Below, in pieces: positions 1 through 8,788 of a stretch of 64,000 bases of DNA. A program made the position numbers and the translations under genes. Under the pieces are notes generated by a model. It worked only from the letters and a program-made list of their open reading frames with translations, ran no database searches and was not told where the DNA came from. Within the stretch, counting starts at the first letter, position 1. Every line of letters starts with the position of its first letter. Source of the DNA: an archaeon (lineage in GTDB: Archaea > Nanobdellota > Nanobdellia > Pacearchaeales > GW2011-AR1); NCBI GenBank assembly GCA_021107855.1, contig JAIORZ010000011.1, positions 7,686 through 71,685 of the forward strand, written 5' to 3'.

Positions 1-642
1 AGGAAGTTGGAGGAGATTTTGCGGAAGATTCGGAAGGATGTTTTGATTGTGATGTGTCCGGGGCAGAATGATGCTGTTTGGTTGGGGGAGCCGCAGGCTG
101 CGATTTCGGATAAGTGGGCGCCTGGTTTAGTTGGGATGGAGAATTTATTTTTGGTTTCAAATCCTTGTGAGGTTGAGATTGGTTCGGGTTTTAGGGTTTT
201 GATGTATCATGGGGCGAGTATAAATGGGTTTATTGCTGAGATGCCGAAACTTCGTGGTGTTAAGGTTAGTAAGATTATGGAGGAGATTTTGAGGCGAAGG
301 CATTTGGCGCCGATTTATGGAATTATGGATTATATTCCTAGGAAGGAAAAGGATGATTTGGTTATTGAGAGTGTTCCGGATATTTTTGTTGTGGGTGATA
401 GGCATCGGGCGGAGGTTGAGAGTTATAATAATGTTTTGATGGTTTCGACTTCTTGTTGGCAATCGATTACGCCGTTTGAGGAGAGAGTTGGGAATAAGCC
501 TGACCCTTGTAAGGTGCCGTTGTTTAATTTGAAGACGCGTGAAGTTAAGATTGTGGATTTTAGTGATAGTGAGATTAAGTGGGATGAGGGAGATGATTTA
601 ATTTGTAAATTGGAGGGTTGTGATAATGAAAATTGCGATTGA
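1..642 (+). CDS. DNA polymerase D (PolD) small subunit DP1, C-terminal part; 5' end lies outside the window
   Basis: Frame 1 is open from base 1 (track start at 7 is TTG). It carries phosphoesterase-type blocks CPGQND, LMYHGAS and VVGDRH. The DP2 gene follows in the same transcription direction. Confidence 0.8.
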   Translation, partial: RKLEEILRKIRKDVLIVMCPGQNDAVWLGEPQAAISDKWAPGLVGMENLFLVSNPCEVEIGSGFRVLMYHGASINGFIAEMPKLRGVKVSKIMEEILRRRHLAPIYGIMDYIPRKEKDDLVIESVPDIFVVGDRHRAEVESYNNVLMVSTSCWQSITPFEERVGNKPDPCKVPLFNLKTREVKIVDFSDSEIKWDEGDDLICKLEGCDNENCD

Positions 643-1234
643 TATTGATGAGGTTGTTGTGAAATTTGTTGAGAGGTATTTGGAAGTTGCTAAGAGTCGA
701 GGATATAAGAGTGTTTTATATGAGGATGTTTTTACTTATAATTTATGGAAGGTTTTGGAGATTGAGAAGAAAGTGATGTTTGATATAATGGAGGAATATA
801 ATTTGATGGGTTATTATAAGGATGTTATTTTTGTTGAGGGTGCGCAAAAAGGGGTGAGGTTTTTGAGAGATAATTATGATATTTATTTTATTACATCGAG
901 GCCGAAGAGTATTTCTAAGGTGACCCGTGATTTAATTTTTAATGAGTTTGGGGTTTTGGGAGATAGGGTGATTTTTTCTGGGGATGTTTTGGGTGGAGCT
1001 AAGAATAAGGATGAGATTTGTAGGGAATTGGGGATTAAGGTTATTATTGAGGATAGTGAGGACGAATCTCTTGGTTACGCTAAGAATGGGTTGAGGGTTT
1101 TGTTATTAGACAAGCCTTGGAATCAGAGTGTTAAGCATGAGAATGTTTGTCGGTGTAGGGATTGGGGAGAGATTTTGGAGAGAGTTGAGGTCCTCGACGG
1201 ACATGACTCTAGTGAGCCCGAGGTGAAAGAATGA
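626..1234 (+). CDS. HAD-superfamily phosphatase, 5'(3')-deoxyribonucleotidase-like
   Basis: N-terminal DIDEV (DxDx[TV]) motif, then ITSRP and IIEDSED blocks. GGAGGG lies 8-9 nt before ATG 626 (track start 620 is GTG). It overlaps the DP1 stop and shares an ATGA overlap with the DP2 start. Confidence 0.5.
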   Translation: MKIAIDIDEVVVKFVERYLEVAKSRGYKSVLYEDVFTYNLWKVLEIEKKVMFDIMEEYNLMGYYKDVIFVEGAQKGVRFLRDNYDIYFITSRPKSISKVTRDLIFNEFGVLGDRVIFSGDVLGGAKNKDEICRELGIKVIIEDSEDESLGYAKNGLRVLLLDKPWNQSVKHENVCRCRDWGEILERVEVLDGHDSSEPEVKE

Positions 1235-4200
1235 AGAAGTATTTTGAGGACTTGAAGAGAAATGTGGATGCGGCTTATGTTGCGGCGCGTGAGGCTCGGT
1301 CAAAGGAGTTGGATTCTGTTGGTGATGTTGAGTGTCCTTTGGCTATGACGATGGCGGAGCGAGCTGTTAATTTGGTTAAAACTATTTATTCTGGTTTGTC
1401 GGTTGAGAAGGTTTCTGTGCGGATTTTGGAATTGGAAGAGAGGTATGGGAAATTGGATTCTACGGTTGCGTTTGTTGTTGCTAGGGAAATTGCGGAGGGG
1501 AAATTTGGGAAGTTTGGGGGTGAGCTTGAGAGAATTGATATTGGGATTCGTGTTGGTTTTGCTTATATGACCTTGGGGGTTGTTGCGAGTCCGATTGAGG
1601 GTTATACTGGTTTGAGGTTGGGGAAGACGAAGAGTGGTGAGAATTATTTTATTGTGAGTTTTAGTGGGCCGATTCGGAGTGCTGGGACTACGAGTGTTTG
1701 TTTGGTTTTGATGTTGATTGATTATTTAAGGGAGAGTTTTGGGTATGCGAAGTATGATTCTAATGAGGAGGAGGTTGGAAGGTATGTGGCGGAAAACAGG
1801 GATTTCCATGAGAGGGTTAGTAATTTGCAGTATTTTCCGACTGAGAAAGAGATTAGGTTTTTGGCTGAGGGTTTGCCGATTCAGATTGATGGTGACCCGA
1901 CCGAGCGGATTGAGGTTTCGAATTTTAAGGATTTAGATAGGGTTGGAACGAATCGGATTAGGGGTGGTATGTGTTTGGCTTTTTCGGAGGGGTTGGCTCA
2001 GAAAGCGGGGAAGGCTTTGGGTCGTTTAAGGGGGGTGAAGAAAAATGGTGTGGTTTGTAGTGGTTGGGATTATTTAGAAGATTATTTGATTTTGCATAAA
2101 AAGAAAGAGGCGGGAGATGTGGAAGTTGAAGCGACTTATATTAAGGATTTGGTTGCAGGACGTCCTGTTTATGGGCATCCGGGTCGGTCGGGTAGTTTTC
2201 GGTTTCGTTATGGGAGAGGTAGGACGGCTGGGTTTAGTGCGGTTTCAGTTCATCCTGCGACGATGGGTGTTACTGGCGGGTTTTTGTCTCATGGGACACA
2301 ATTGAGATTGGAGCGACCGACGAAAGGCTGTATTATAACTTCTTGTGATTCCATTGATGGACCTATTGTGAAATTGAAGGACGGTTCGGTTAGGAGACTT
2401 AGTGATTATGATGAGGCTCGTAAGTTGTATAATGATGGAGAGATTGAGGAAATTATTTATTTGGGGGATATTTTGTTTCCTGTTGGGGATGTGATTGATA
2501 GGAATGCGGATTTGGTGAGGTCTGGGTATGTTGAGGAGTGGTGGGCGCTTGAGGTTGGAGAAGAGTTAGATGTTGAAAATTTGAGTTTTGAAGATGTCGT
2601 GAAAATTAGTAAAGAGAAAAGGGTTCCGCTTCATCCAGATTTTATTTTTTATTGGTCGCAGATTTCTAATGAGAAATTTGTTGGTTTGTTGAAGTGGTTG
2701 AATGGAGGGATTTGGCGTGCGGGTAAGTTGGTGTTGAATTGGGAAAGGGGTGTTAGGGAGCAGTTTGACTCGGGGAAGCGGGCGCTTGAGATTTTGGGTG
2801 TGGAGCATGAAGTTGTGTTGGATAATATTGTTGTTGAAAAGGATGCTCGGGCATTGTTGTTTAATCTTGGGAAGTCGGAAGTTTATAATGGAGAGGTTTT
2901 GGAGTTTAAGGCGGATGAGAGTGACGAAAGGGATGTTTTGGAGATTGTGAATGGGTTGTGTGAATTTGAAGTGAAAGATAAGGCTGGGGTTTTTATTGGG
3001 GCTCGAATGGGTCGGCCCGAAAAAGCGAAGTTGCGGAAGTTGGCGGGTAGTCCGAATGCTTTGTTTCCTGTTGGGAATCAGGGTGGGAGATTGAGTAGTA
3101 TTCAGGAGGCGATTGAGAAGGGTTTTGTTAGAGGGGATTTTCCGGTGTTTAAATGTGGATGTGGCGAGGTTGGTTTTTGTGAGAGGTGTTTGGCGTGTGG
3201 AGAGAAAGGAGTGAGGATGAATTATTGTCGGCAGTGTAATGAGATTAAGGATGGGGAGTGCAAGTTGCATGGCGAGGTTGGTTTTTTTTGGAATAGGAAG
3301 GTTGAAATTGGAGGGTATTTTAATAGGGCGATTGAGGATTTGGGTTTTAAGGATTTTGAGGTTCCGGCGATGGTTAAGGGGGTGAAGAGGTTGAATAGTA
3401 AGTTGAGGGTTCCGGAGAATTTGGCGAAGGGGATTTTGCGGGCGAAGTTTGGTTTGAGTGTTAATAAGGATGGGACGATTCGTTATGATGCTACGGAGAT
3501 TCCGTTGACACATTTTAAGCCGAAGGAGGTTGGGGTTGGTTTTGAGAAGATTAGAGAGCTTGGATATTTGAAGGATGTTGGTGGGAAGGATTTGGTGAGT
3601 GATGACCAAATTTTGGAGTTGAAGCCGCATGATATTGTTTTACCTAATTGTTCTGAGGCGAAGGATGAGAGGGCTGGCGAGGTGTTTTTTAATATTGCGA
3701 ATTTTGTTGACGAGGAGTTGAGTAGGTTTTATGGGTTGGAGCGGTTTTATAATTTGGAGGGTAGGGGTGATTTGATTGGGGTTGAGGTTGTTTGTATGGC
3801 GCCGCATAATTGTGCTGGTGTTATTGGGAGGATTATTGGGTTTTCAAATATGCAGGGTTTGTTGGCGAGTCCGTATATGCACGCAGCGATGAGGCGGGAT
3901 TGTGATGGGGACGAGTGTTCGGTTATGTTGTTGATGGATGTTTTGTTGAATTTTTCTAGAGAGTTTTTGCCGAGTCATCGTGGTGGTCGGCAGGATGCGC
4001 CGTTGGTTCTGAATGCGAGGATTAGAGCAGGGGAGGTTGATGACCAGATTTTGTTTTTTGAGAGTTGTGGGAAATATCCGTTGGAATTATATAAGGCTGC
4101 CGAGCAGGGGTTGCATTCAAGTGTGATTAAGAATAAGGTTGAGACGATTTCGGATAAATTGAAAGCTGGAGAGGATGGGTTTGTTGGAAATGGTTTTAGT

Positions 4201-4647
4201 CATGATACCGGTGATTTTAATTTTGGTAATAATAATGGAATGTATAAGGTTTTGCCGACGATGAAAGAGAAGGTCGCGGCGCAGATGGAGTTGGCGGGGA
4301 AGCTTCGTTCGGTTGATGAGGACGATGTTGCAAGGTTGGTTTTGGAGAGGCATTTTCTTCGGGATATTCGTGGGAATTTGCGGAAGTTTGGGAGGCAGGG
4401 TTTTAGGTGTTCGGTTTGTAATGAGAAATATCGCCGGGTGCCGTTGAAGGGGAGTTGTTTTAAGTGTGATGGGAAGGTGATTTTCACGGTGAGTGAGGGG
4501 AGTGTTCGGAAGTATTTGGAGCCGGCGATGGAGTTGGTTAGGGATTATAATATTTCGAGTTATACTAAGGAGAATGTGGAGCTGATAGGGGATTATATTG
4601 AGAGGATTTTTGGGAAGGGGGAGGAGCAGAGTAGTTTGGGATTATGA
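1231..4647 (+). CDS. DNA polymerase D (PolD) large catalytic subunit DP2
   Basis: 1138 aa with a typical DP2 N-terminus (KYFEDL...), several CxxC zinc clusters (CGCGEVGFCERCLACG, CSVCNEKYRRVPLKGSCFKCDG) and CDGDE. GAGGTGA precedes the ATG. Confidence 0.9.
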   Translation: MKKYFEDLKRNVDAAYVAAREARSKELDSVGDVECPLAMTMAERAVNLVKTIYSGLSVEKVSVRILELEERYGKLDSTVAFVVAREIAEGKFGKFGGELERIDIGIRVGFAYMTLGVVASPIEGYTGLRLGKTKSGENYFIVSFSGPIRSAGTTSVCLVLMLIDYLRESFGYAKYDSNEEEVGRYVAENRDFHERVSNLQYFPTEKEIRFLAEGLPIQIDGDPTERIEVSNFKDLDRVGTNRIRGGMCLAFSEGLAQKAGKALGRLRGVKKNGVVCSGWDYLEDYLILHKKKEAGDVEVEATYIKDLVAGRPVYGHPGRSGSFRFRYGRGRTAGFSAVSVHPATMGVTGGFLSHGTQLRLERPTKGCIITSCDSIDGPIVKLKDGSVRRLSDYDEARKLYNDGEIEEIIYLGDILFPVGDVIDRNADLVRSGYVEEWWALEVGEELDVENLSFEDVVKISKEKRVPLHPDFIFYWSQISNEKFVGLLKWLNGGIWRAGKLVLNWERGVREQFDSGKRALEILGVEHEVVLDNIVVEKDARALLFNLGKSEVYNGEVLEFKADESDERDVLEIVNGLCEFEVKDKAGVFIGARMGRPEKAKLRKLAGSPNALFPVGNQGGRLSSIQEAIEKGFVRGDFPVFKCGCGEVGFCERCLACGEKGVRMNYCRQCNEIKDGECKLHGEVGFFWNRKVEIGGYFNRAIEDLGFKDFEVPAMVKGVKRLNSKLRVPENLAKGILRAKFGLSVNKDGTIRYDATEIPLTHFKPKEVGVGFEKIRELGYLKDVGGKDLVSDDQILELKPHDIVLPNCSEAKDERAGEVFFNIANFVDEELSRFYGLERFYNLEGRGDLIGVEVVCMAPHNCAGVIGRIIGFSNMQGLLASPYMHAAMRRDCDGDECSVMLLMDVLLNFSREFLPSHRGGRQDAPLVLNARIRAGEVDDQILFFESCGKYPLELYKAAEQGLHSSVIKNKVETISDKLKAGEDGFVGNGFSHDTGDFNFGNNNGMYKVLPTMKEKVAAQMELAGKLRSVDEDDVARLVLERHFLRDIRGNLRKFGRQGFRCSVCNEKYRRVPLKGSCFKCDGKVIFTVSEGSVRKYLEPAMELVRDYNISSYTKENVELIGDYIERIFGKGEEQSSLGL

Positions 4648-4702
4648 AATATGTAGTCATTTTAAAGTGATTATTTATAGGAAAGTTTATATATTATAAT
4701 TG

Positions 4703-5095
4703 ATGGGATTAGATATGGAAGAATTGCGAAATGTTATTATTAAACCTCTTATGAAAGGAAGTAGTATAATAGAGAGAAACCCTTTAGTGTTATTAATTTT
4801 GGAGGGTTCAGATGGTGCTGAGCAATTAGTTCTAGGTGAATTTGAAGAAATGAGGGGTTCTCGTCAAGAACCAAAGATAAAATTAGAAAATTCAATAGTT
4901 TTTAAGCGTCCTGACCAGACTCATTATTCCGATTGTCAAGATCATTATTCTCTTCCACGTGTTACTGATTCTCCCGAAAATGGAGAATATTCTTCATTAT
5001 GGAGCTTTGCATATACTGGAAGTAAAAAAATTATTAAAGAGCTCAAAAAAAGAGAAGATTGGACAAGTCCATATGCAGGCTTGATAAAAAGATAA
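4703..5095 (+). CDS. hypothetical protein (orphan, atypical composition)
   Basis: 130-aa ORF with an ATG start and no motif I recognise. Its coding strand is A+T rich with A>T, unlike the G+T-rich neighbours. Confidence 0.4.
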   Translation: MGLDMEELRNVIIKPLMKGSSIIERNPLVLLILEGSDGAEQLVLGEFEEMRGSRQEPKIKLENSIVFKRPDQTHYSDCQDHYSLPRVTDSPENGEYSSLWSFAYTGSKKIIKELKKREDWTSPYAGLIKR

Positions 5096-5146
5096 TTTTG
5101 ATTGATTATTTGTTTTTATTGTTGTAACTTAACAAGAGCACGACAA

Positions 5147-5156
5147 TTTTTTTAAA
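5147..5156 (+). promoter_or_regulatory. TATA-like box upstream of dnaE
   Basis: tttttttaaa is centred about 27 nt upstream of ATG 5178. This is the same spacing as the TTAAAAA boxes upstream of the three tRNAs in this window, which implies a very short or absent leader. Confidence 0.35.
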
Positions 5157-5177
5157 GTGGTTTGACTTTTTTGGAAG

Positions 5178-8100
5178 ATGGGGTTCACGCATTTACATTT
5201 ACATACGGAGTATTCTCTTTTGGACGGGGCGACGAAGGTTGATGAATTGTTTGGCAGGGTGAAGGAGTTGGGGCAGGATGCGGTTGCGATTACGGAGCAT
5301 GGAAATATGGGGGCTGTGATTAAGAAATATCAGGCGGCGAAGAAAGCTGGGGTTAAGTTGATTATGGGTTGTGAGGTTTATGTTTGTGATGATATTGGGA
5401 TTAAGGATAAGGACGCGAAGAGGTATCATTTGATTTTGTTGGCGAAGGATTTGGAGGGTTATCAGAATTTAGTTAAGCTTGATTCGATTGCGAATAATGA
5501 GGGTTTTTATTATAAGGCTCGGGTTGATAAGAAATTGTTGCGGAAGTATTCTAAGGGATTGATTTGTATGACGGCGTGTTTGGCGAATGATGTTGACCAG
5601 GCGGTTGTTGGTGGGGACGAGGAGAGGGCGAAGAAGTTGATTGAAGAATATATTGATATTTTTGGGAAGGAGAATTTTTATTTAGAGGTGCAGGATCATG
5701 GGATTTCTGAGGAGAAGGTTGTTGCCGATTTTTATAAGAGAATTGCGAAAGAAATGGATTTGAAGATTGTTGCGACTTGTGATTCGCATTTTTTGAAGAA
5801 GGATGATGCTTATGCTCATGAGGTTATGCTTGCGATTCAGACTAATGGTGATATGAATGTTGAGAAACGATTTAAGTTTTCTGGGAGTGGATATTGGATT
5901 AAGAGCGAGGAGGAGATGAGGAAGATTTTTCCGCAGGAGTATTTAGACTTGAGTTGTGAGATTGCTGATAGGTGTAATGTTGAGTTGGAGATGGGTGAGC
6001 CGATTTTTCCTGATTTTGAGACGCCGGATGGTTCGACGCATAGGGAGTATTTGTATAAGTTGTGTAAGAACGGGGTTGATAGGATTTATGGGGATAGGGA
6101 TAATTATGAGGAGGCTTTGAAGAGGATGGAATTTGAGTTGGATGCGATTTCGAATATGGGGTTCGAGGCGTATTTTTTGATTGTTGCGGATTTTATCGAG
6201 GACGCGAAGAAACATTGTCAGGTTGGGCCGGGACGAGGGAGTGGTGCGGGTTCGATTGTTGCGTATGCTTTGGGGATTACTCAGCTTGACCCCTTGGAAT
6301 TAGGATTGTTGTTTGAGAGGTTTATTAATCCAGATAGGATTTCATTACCGGACTTTGATATTGATTTTGGGGATAAGGATGTTGTTTTGGATTATGTTCG
6401 GAAGAAATATGGTGAGGATAAGGTGTCGTTGATTGGGACGTTTGGGACGATGAGTGCGAAGGCGGTTTTGAAAGATGTGATGAGGGTTTTTAGGGTTCCG
6501 TTTGATGAGGCGAATGCGATTACGAAGTCGGTTGCTGAAGGGACGATTCAGAAAAGTTTGGATGCCGAGAGGGATGGGCATTTGACGGACGAGGCTAGGA
6601 AGCTTCGGGATTTTGAAAAGAAGTTTAAAAAGATTTTTAAGATTGCGAAAAGGCTGGAGGGCTGTGTTCGGCATAAGGGTGTTCATGCTTGTGGTGTTGT
6701 TTGGGGGAAGAAAGCGATTAATGAATATATTCCGACTTATGGGAAGAATGGAGATGTGATTACGCAGATTGAGGGACCAGATGTCGAGAGTTATGGTTTG
6801 GTGAAGTTTGATTTTTTGGGGCTGGAGACTTTAAATGTTGTGAAGAAGGTTTTGGATGCGATTGGGAAGGATTCGGAGTGGTTGGAAAATATTCCGATGG
6901 ATGATGATTCGGTTTATGAGATGTTGCGGGATGAAAAGAGTATTGGGGTTTTTCAGATTGAGAGCGAGGGAATGAGGAAGGTTTTGGCGCAGATTAAACC
7001 TACTTGTTTTGATGATATTATTGCGATTGTTGCGCTTTATCGTCCTGGTCCGATGCAATATATTCCTATGTATGCGAATAGGAAGGCAGGTAGGGAGGCG
7101 GTTAGTTATGTTCATCCTAATGCTGAGAAAATTTTGGCGCCGACTTATGGGATTATGGTTTATCAGGAGCAGGTGATGCAGTTGAGTCGGGCTTTGGCTG
7201 GGTTTAGTGCGGGGGACAGTGATGTTTTGAGGAAGGCGATTGGGAAGAAAATTTTAGCTTTGATGGAAAAAATGGAGGGGCAGTTTAAGTCGGGTTGTGT
7301 TAAGCATTCAGGGATGGAGAAGAGTGAGGTGAATCATTTATGGGATGATATTGTGAAGTTTGCGGCTTATAGTTTTAATAAATCTCATGCAGCTGCGTAT
7401 GCTTTGATTTCGTATCGGACCGCTTACTTGAAGAAGTATTATCCTGTTGAGTTTTATGCTGCGACGATTTCTTCGGCTGTTAAGAATCCTGAGAAGTTGG
7501 CGCTTTATTTGGAATCTGCTAGGGGTGAGGGTATTAAGATTTTGCATCCAGATATTAATAGTTCGAAAGAGGATTTTTCGGTTGATTTAGTCGAGGTTCG
7601 CGAGGAAGATTTTCCACAAAAAGTCAAGGAGTCTTCGACTCACGTGACTTCTCGTGGAGGGAAGGTTGGGAGTTTTATGGAGAAAGATGAAAAGAGGCAT
7701 GAGAAAGTGATTCGTGTGGGGTTGAGTGGGATTAAGAATGTTGGAGGAGAGGCTATGGCGAAGATTCTCGAGGGGCGACCGTATAAGTCATATCAGGATT
7801 TTATTAATAGGGTTGATTTATCGAAGGTGAATAAGAGAGTTTGTCATAGTTTGATTTCGGTTGGATGTTTTGATGATATGGGGATTAATAGGGCGAGTTT
7901 GCTTTCTGTTTATGATAGGGTTTGTGTGACCCAGAATTCTCGTGAGAAGCAGATGGCGCTTTTTGGTGGGGGGATTGCAAATGTTGTGGAGTATCCTGAT
8001 TTGGAGCCGTTGAGCTTGAAGGAGCAGTTGGATTTGGAGGAGGAGTTGTTGGGGGTTTGTGTTTCGGGGCATGCGGTTGATGCTTACGCTGAGTCTAAGA

Positions 8101-8408
8101 ATAATGAGTTTGTTCCTTTTAATAAATTGAAAGAGGATTTGGAGGTGGATGTTTTTGGTTTGGTTAAGAGGTTTACGAAGATTATGACGAAGAAAGGGGA
8201 TGATATGGCGTTTATGGATTTGAGTTCTAGGTCTGGGGATTTGAAAGTGACGATTTTCCCTCGGGATTTTGAGAAGATGAGGGAGGATGCGGAGAGGATT
8301 AAGATTGGGGATGGCGTGAAGATTGCGGGGAAACTTAAGGAAAGTGAGGAGTTTGGGGATGCGTTTATTGCTAAGAGTGTTTTGGTTTGTTCTCCTGTTG
8401 CAAAGTAG
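5178..8408 (+). CDS. dnaE: DNA polymerase III alpha subunit (bacterial C-family replicase, DnaE type)
   Basis: 1076 aa. PHP motifs HLHLHTEYS, ITEHGNM and CDSHF; palm motif LPDFDIDF; GVHACGVV; HhH GLSGIKNVGG; QMALF at aa 925-929; C-terminal OB-like region. Confidence 0.9.
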   Translation: MGFTHLHLHTEYSLLDGATKVDELFGRVKELGQDAVAITEHGNMGAVIKKYQAAKKAGVKLIMGCEVYVCDDIGIKDKDAKRYHLILLAKDLEGYQNLVKLDSIANNEGFYYKARVDKKLLRKYSKGLICMTACLANDVDQAVVGGDEERAKKLIEEYIDIFGKENFYLEVQDHGISEEKVVADFYKRIAKEMDLKIVATCDSHFLKKDDAYAHEVMLAIQTNGDMNVEKRFKFSGSGYWIKSEEEMRKIFPQEYLDLSCEIADRCNVELEMGEPIFPDFETPDGSTHREYLYKLCKNGVDRIYGDRDNYEEALKRMEFELDAISNMGFEAYFLIVADFIEDAKKHCQVGPGRGSGAGSIVAYALGITQLDPLELGLLFERFINPDRISLPDFDIDFGDKDVVLDYVRKKYGEDKVSLIGTFGTMSAKAVLKDVMRVFRVPFDEANAITKSVAEGTIQKSLDAERDGHLTDEARKLRDFEKKFKKIFKIAKRLEGCVRHKGVHACGVVWGKKAINEYIPTYGKNGDVITQIEGPDVESYGLVKFDFLGLETLNVVKKVLDAIGKDSEWLENIPMDDDSVYEMLRDEKSIGVFQIESEGMRKVLAQIKPTCFDDIIAIVALYRPGPMQYIPMYANRKAGREAVSYVHPNAEKILAPTYGIMVYQEQVMQLSRALAGFSAGDSDVLRKAIGKKILALMEKMEGQFKSGCVKHSGMEKSEVNHLWDDIVKFAAYSFNKSHAAAYALISYRTAYLKKYYPVEFYAATISSAVKNPEKLALYLESARGEGIKILHPDINSSKEDFSVDLVEVREEDFPQKVKESSTHVTSRGGKVGSFMEKDEKRHEKVIRVGLSGIKNVGGEAMAKILEGRPYKSYQDFINRVDLSKVNKRVCHSLISVGCFDDMGINRASLLSVYDRVCVTQNSREKQMALFGGGIANVVEYPDLEPLSLKEQLDLEEELLGVCVSGHAVDAYAESKNNEFVPFNKLKEDLEVDVFGLVKRFTKIMTKKGDDMAFMDLSSRSGDLKVTIFPRDFEKMREDAERIKIGDGVKIAGKLKESEEFGDAFIAKSVLVCSPVAK

Positions 8409-8450
8409 GCTAATGAGAATGTTTAAGTATGGAAGTTTGTTGTTGATGTT

Positions 8451-8654
8451 ATGGTAAAAGTGGAAACACAAGCTGCACCAGCGGTTGCGACTCCTGCGAC
8501 TTCGGCTCCGGCTGAAGCGGCTACGACTCCCGCGACTCCTGCGACTCCTGCTGCGGTTCCAGCAAAAGAAGGTGGTTCTAAAATGTGGCTTTGGATGGGG
8601 ATTGTCGCTGCGGTTATTGTCGTCGCTGGTCTTGCATACTGGTTGCTAATTTAG
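8451..8654 (+). CDS. small Ala/Thr/Pro-rich tail-anchored membrane protein (hypothetical)
   Basis: 67 aa with a low-complexity ATP-rich N-terminal part (short gcgactcct repeats) and a single C-terminal TM helix (MWLWMGIVAAVIVVAGLAYWLLI). Confidence 0.4.
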   Translation: MVKVETQAAPAVATPATSAPAEAATTPATPATPAAVPAKEGGSKMWLWMGIVAAVIVVAGLAYWLLI

Positions 8655-8788
8655 AGGAACTTAACTTCTTGATTTAGAATTATTTTAGTTTTACTGCGGT
8701 TCTAAAAGTAGTGCTCGAGATGCCTCGAATGTTGATATAACTTTTTGATGATATAAATACTTAAATAATTAGAGGTGGTTTTTGTTTT

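Noticed and set aside
2566-3630. 354-aa - strand ORF antisense to the PolD DP2 gene, along with many similar long antisense ORFs (for example 157-462, 5943-6215, 6345-6686, 7818-8471, 26806-27579, 28141-28467, 43620-44213, 44214-45197, 52772-53305 and 61730-62716).
   Set aside because: They lie entirely inside well-supported genes on the other strand. Their translations are low-complexity N/P/Q/I/L/R/T/H strings. They exist because the complement of a G+T-rich, C-poor coding strand contains few stop codons.
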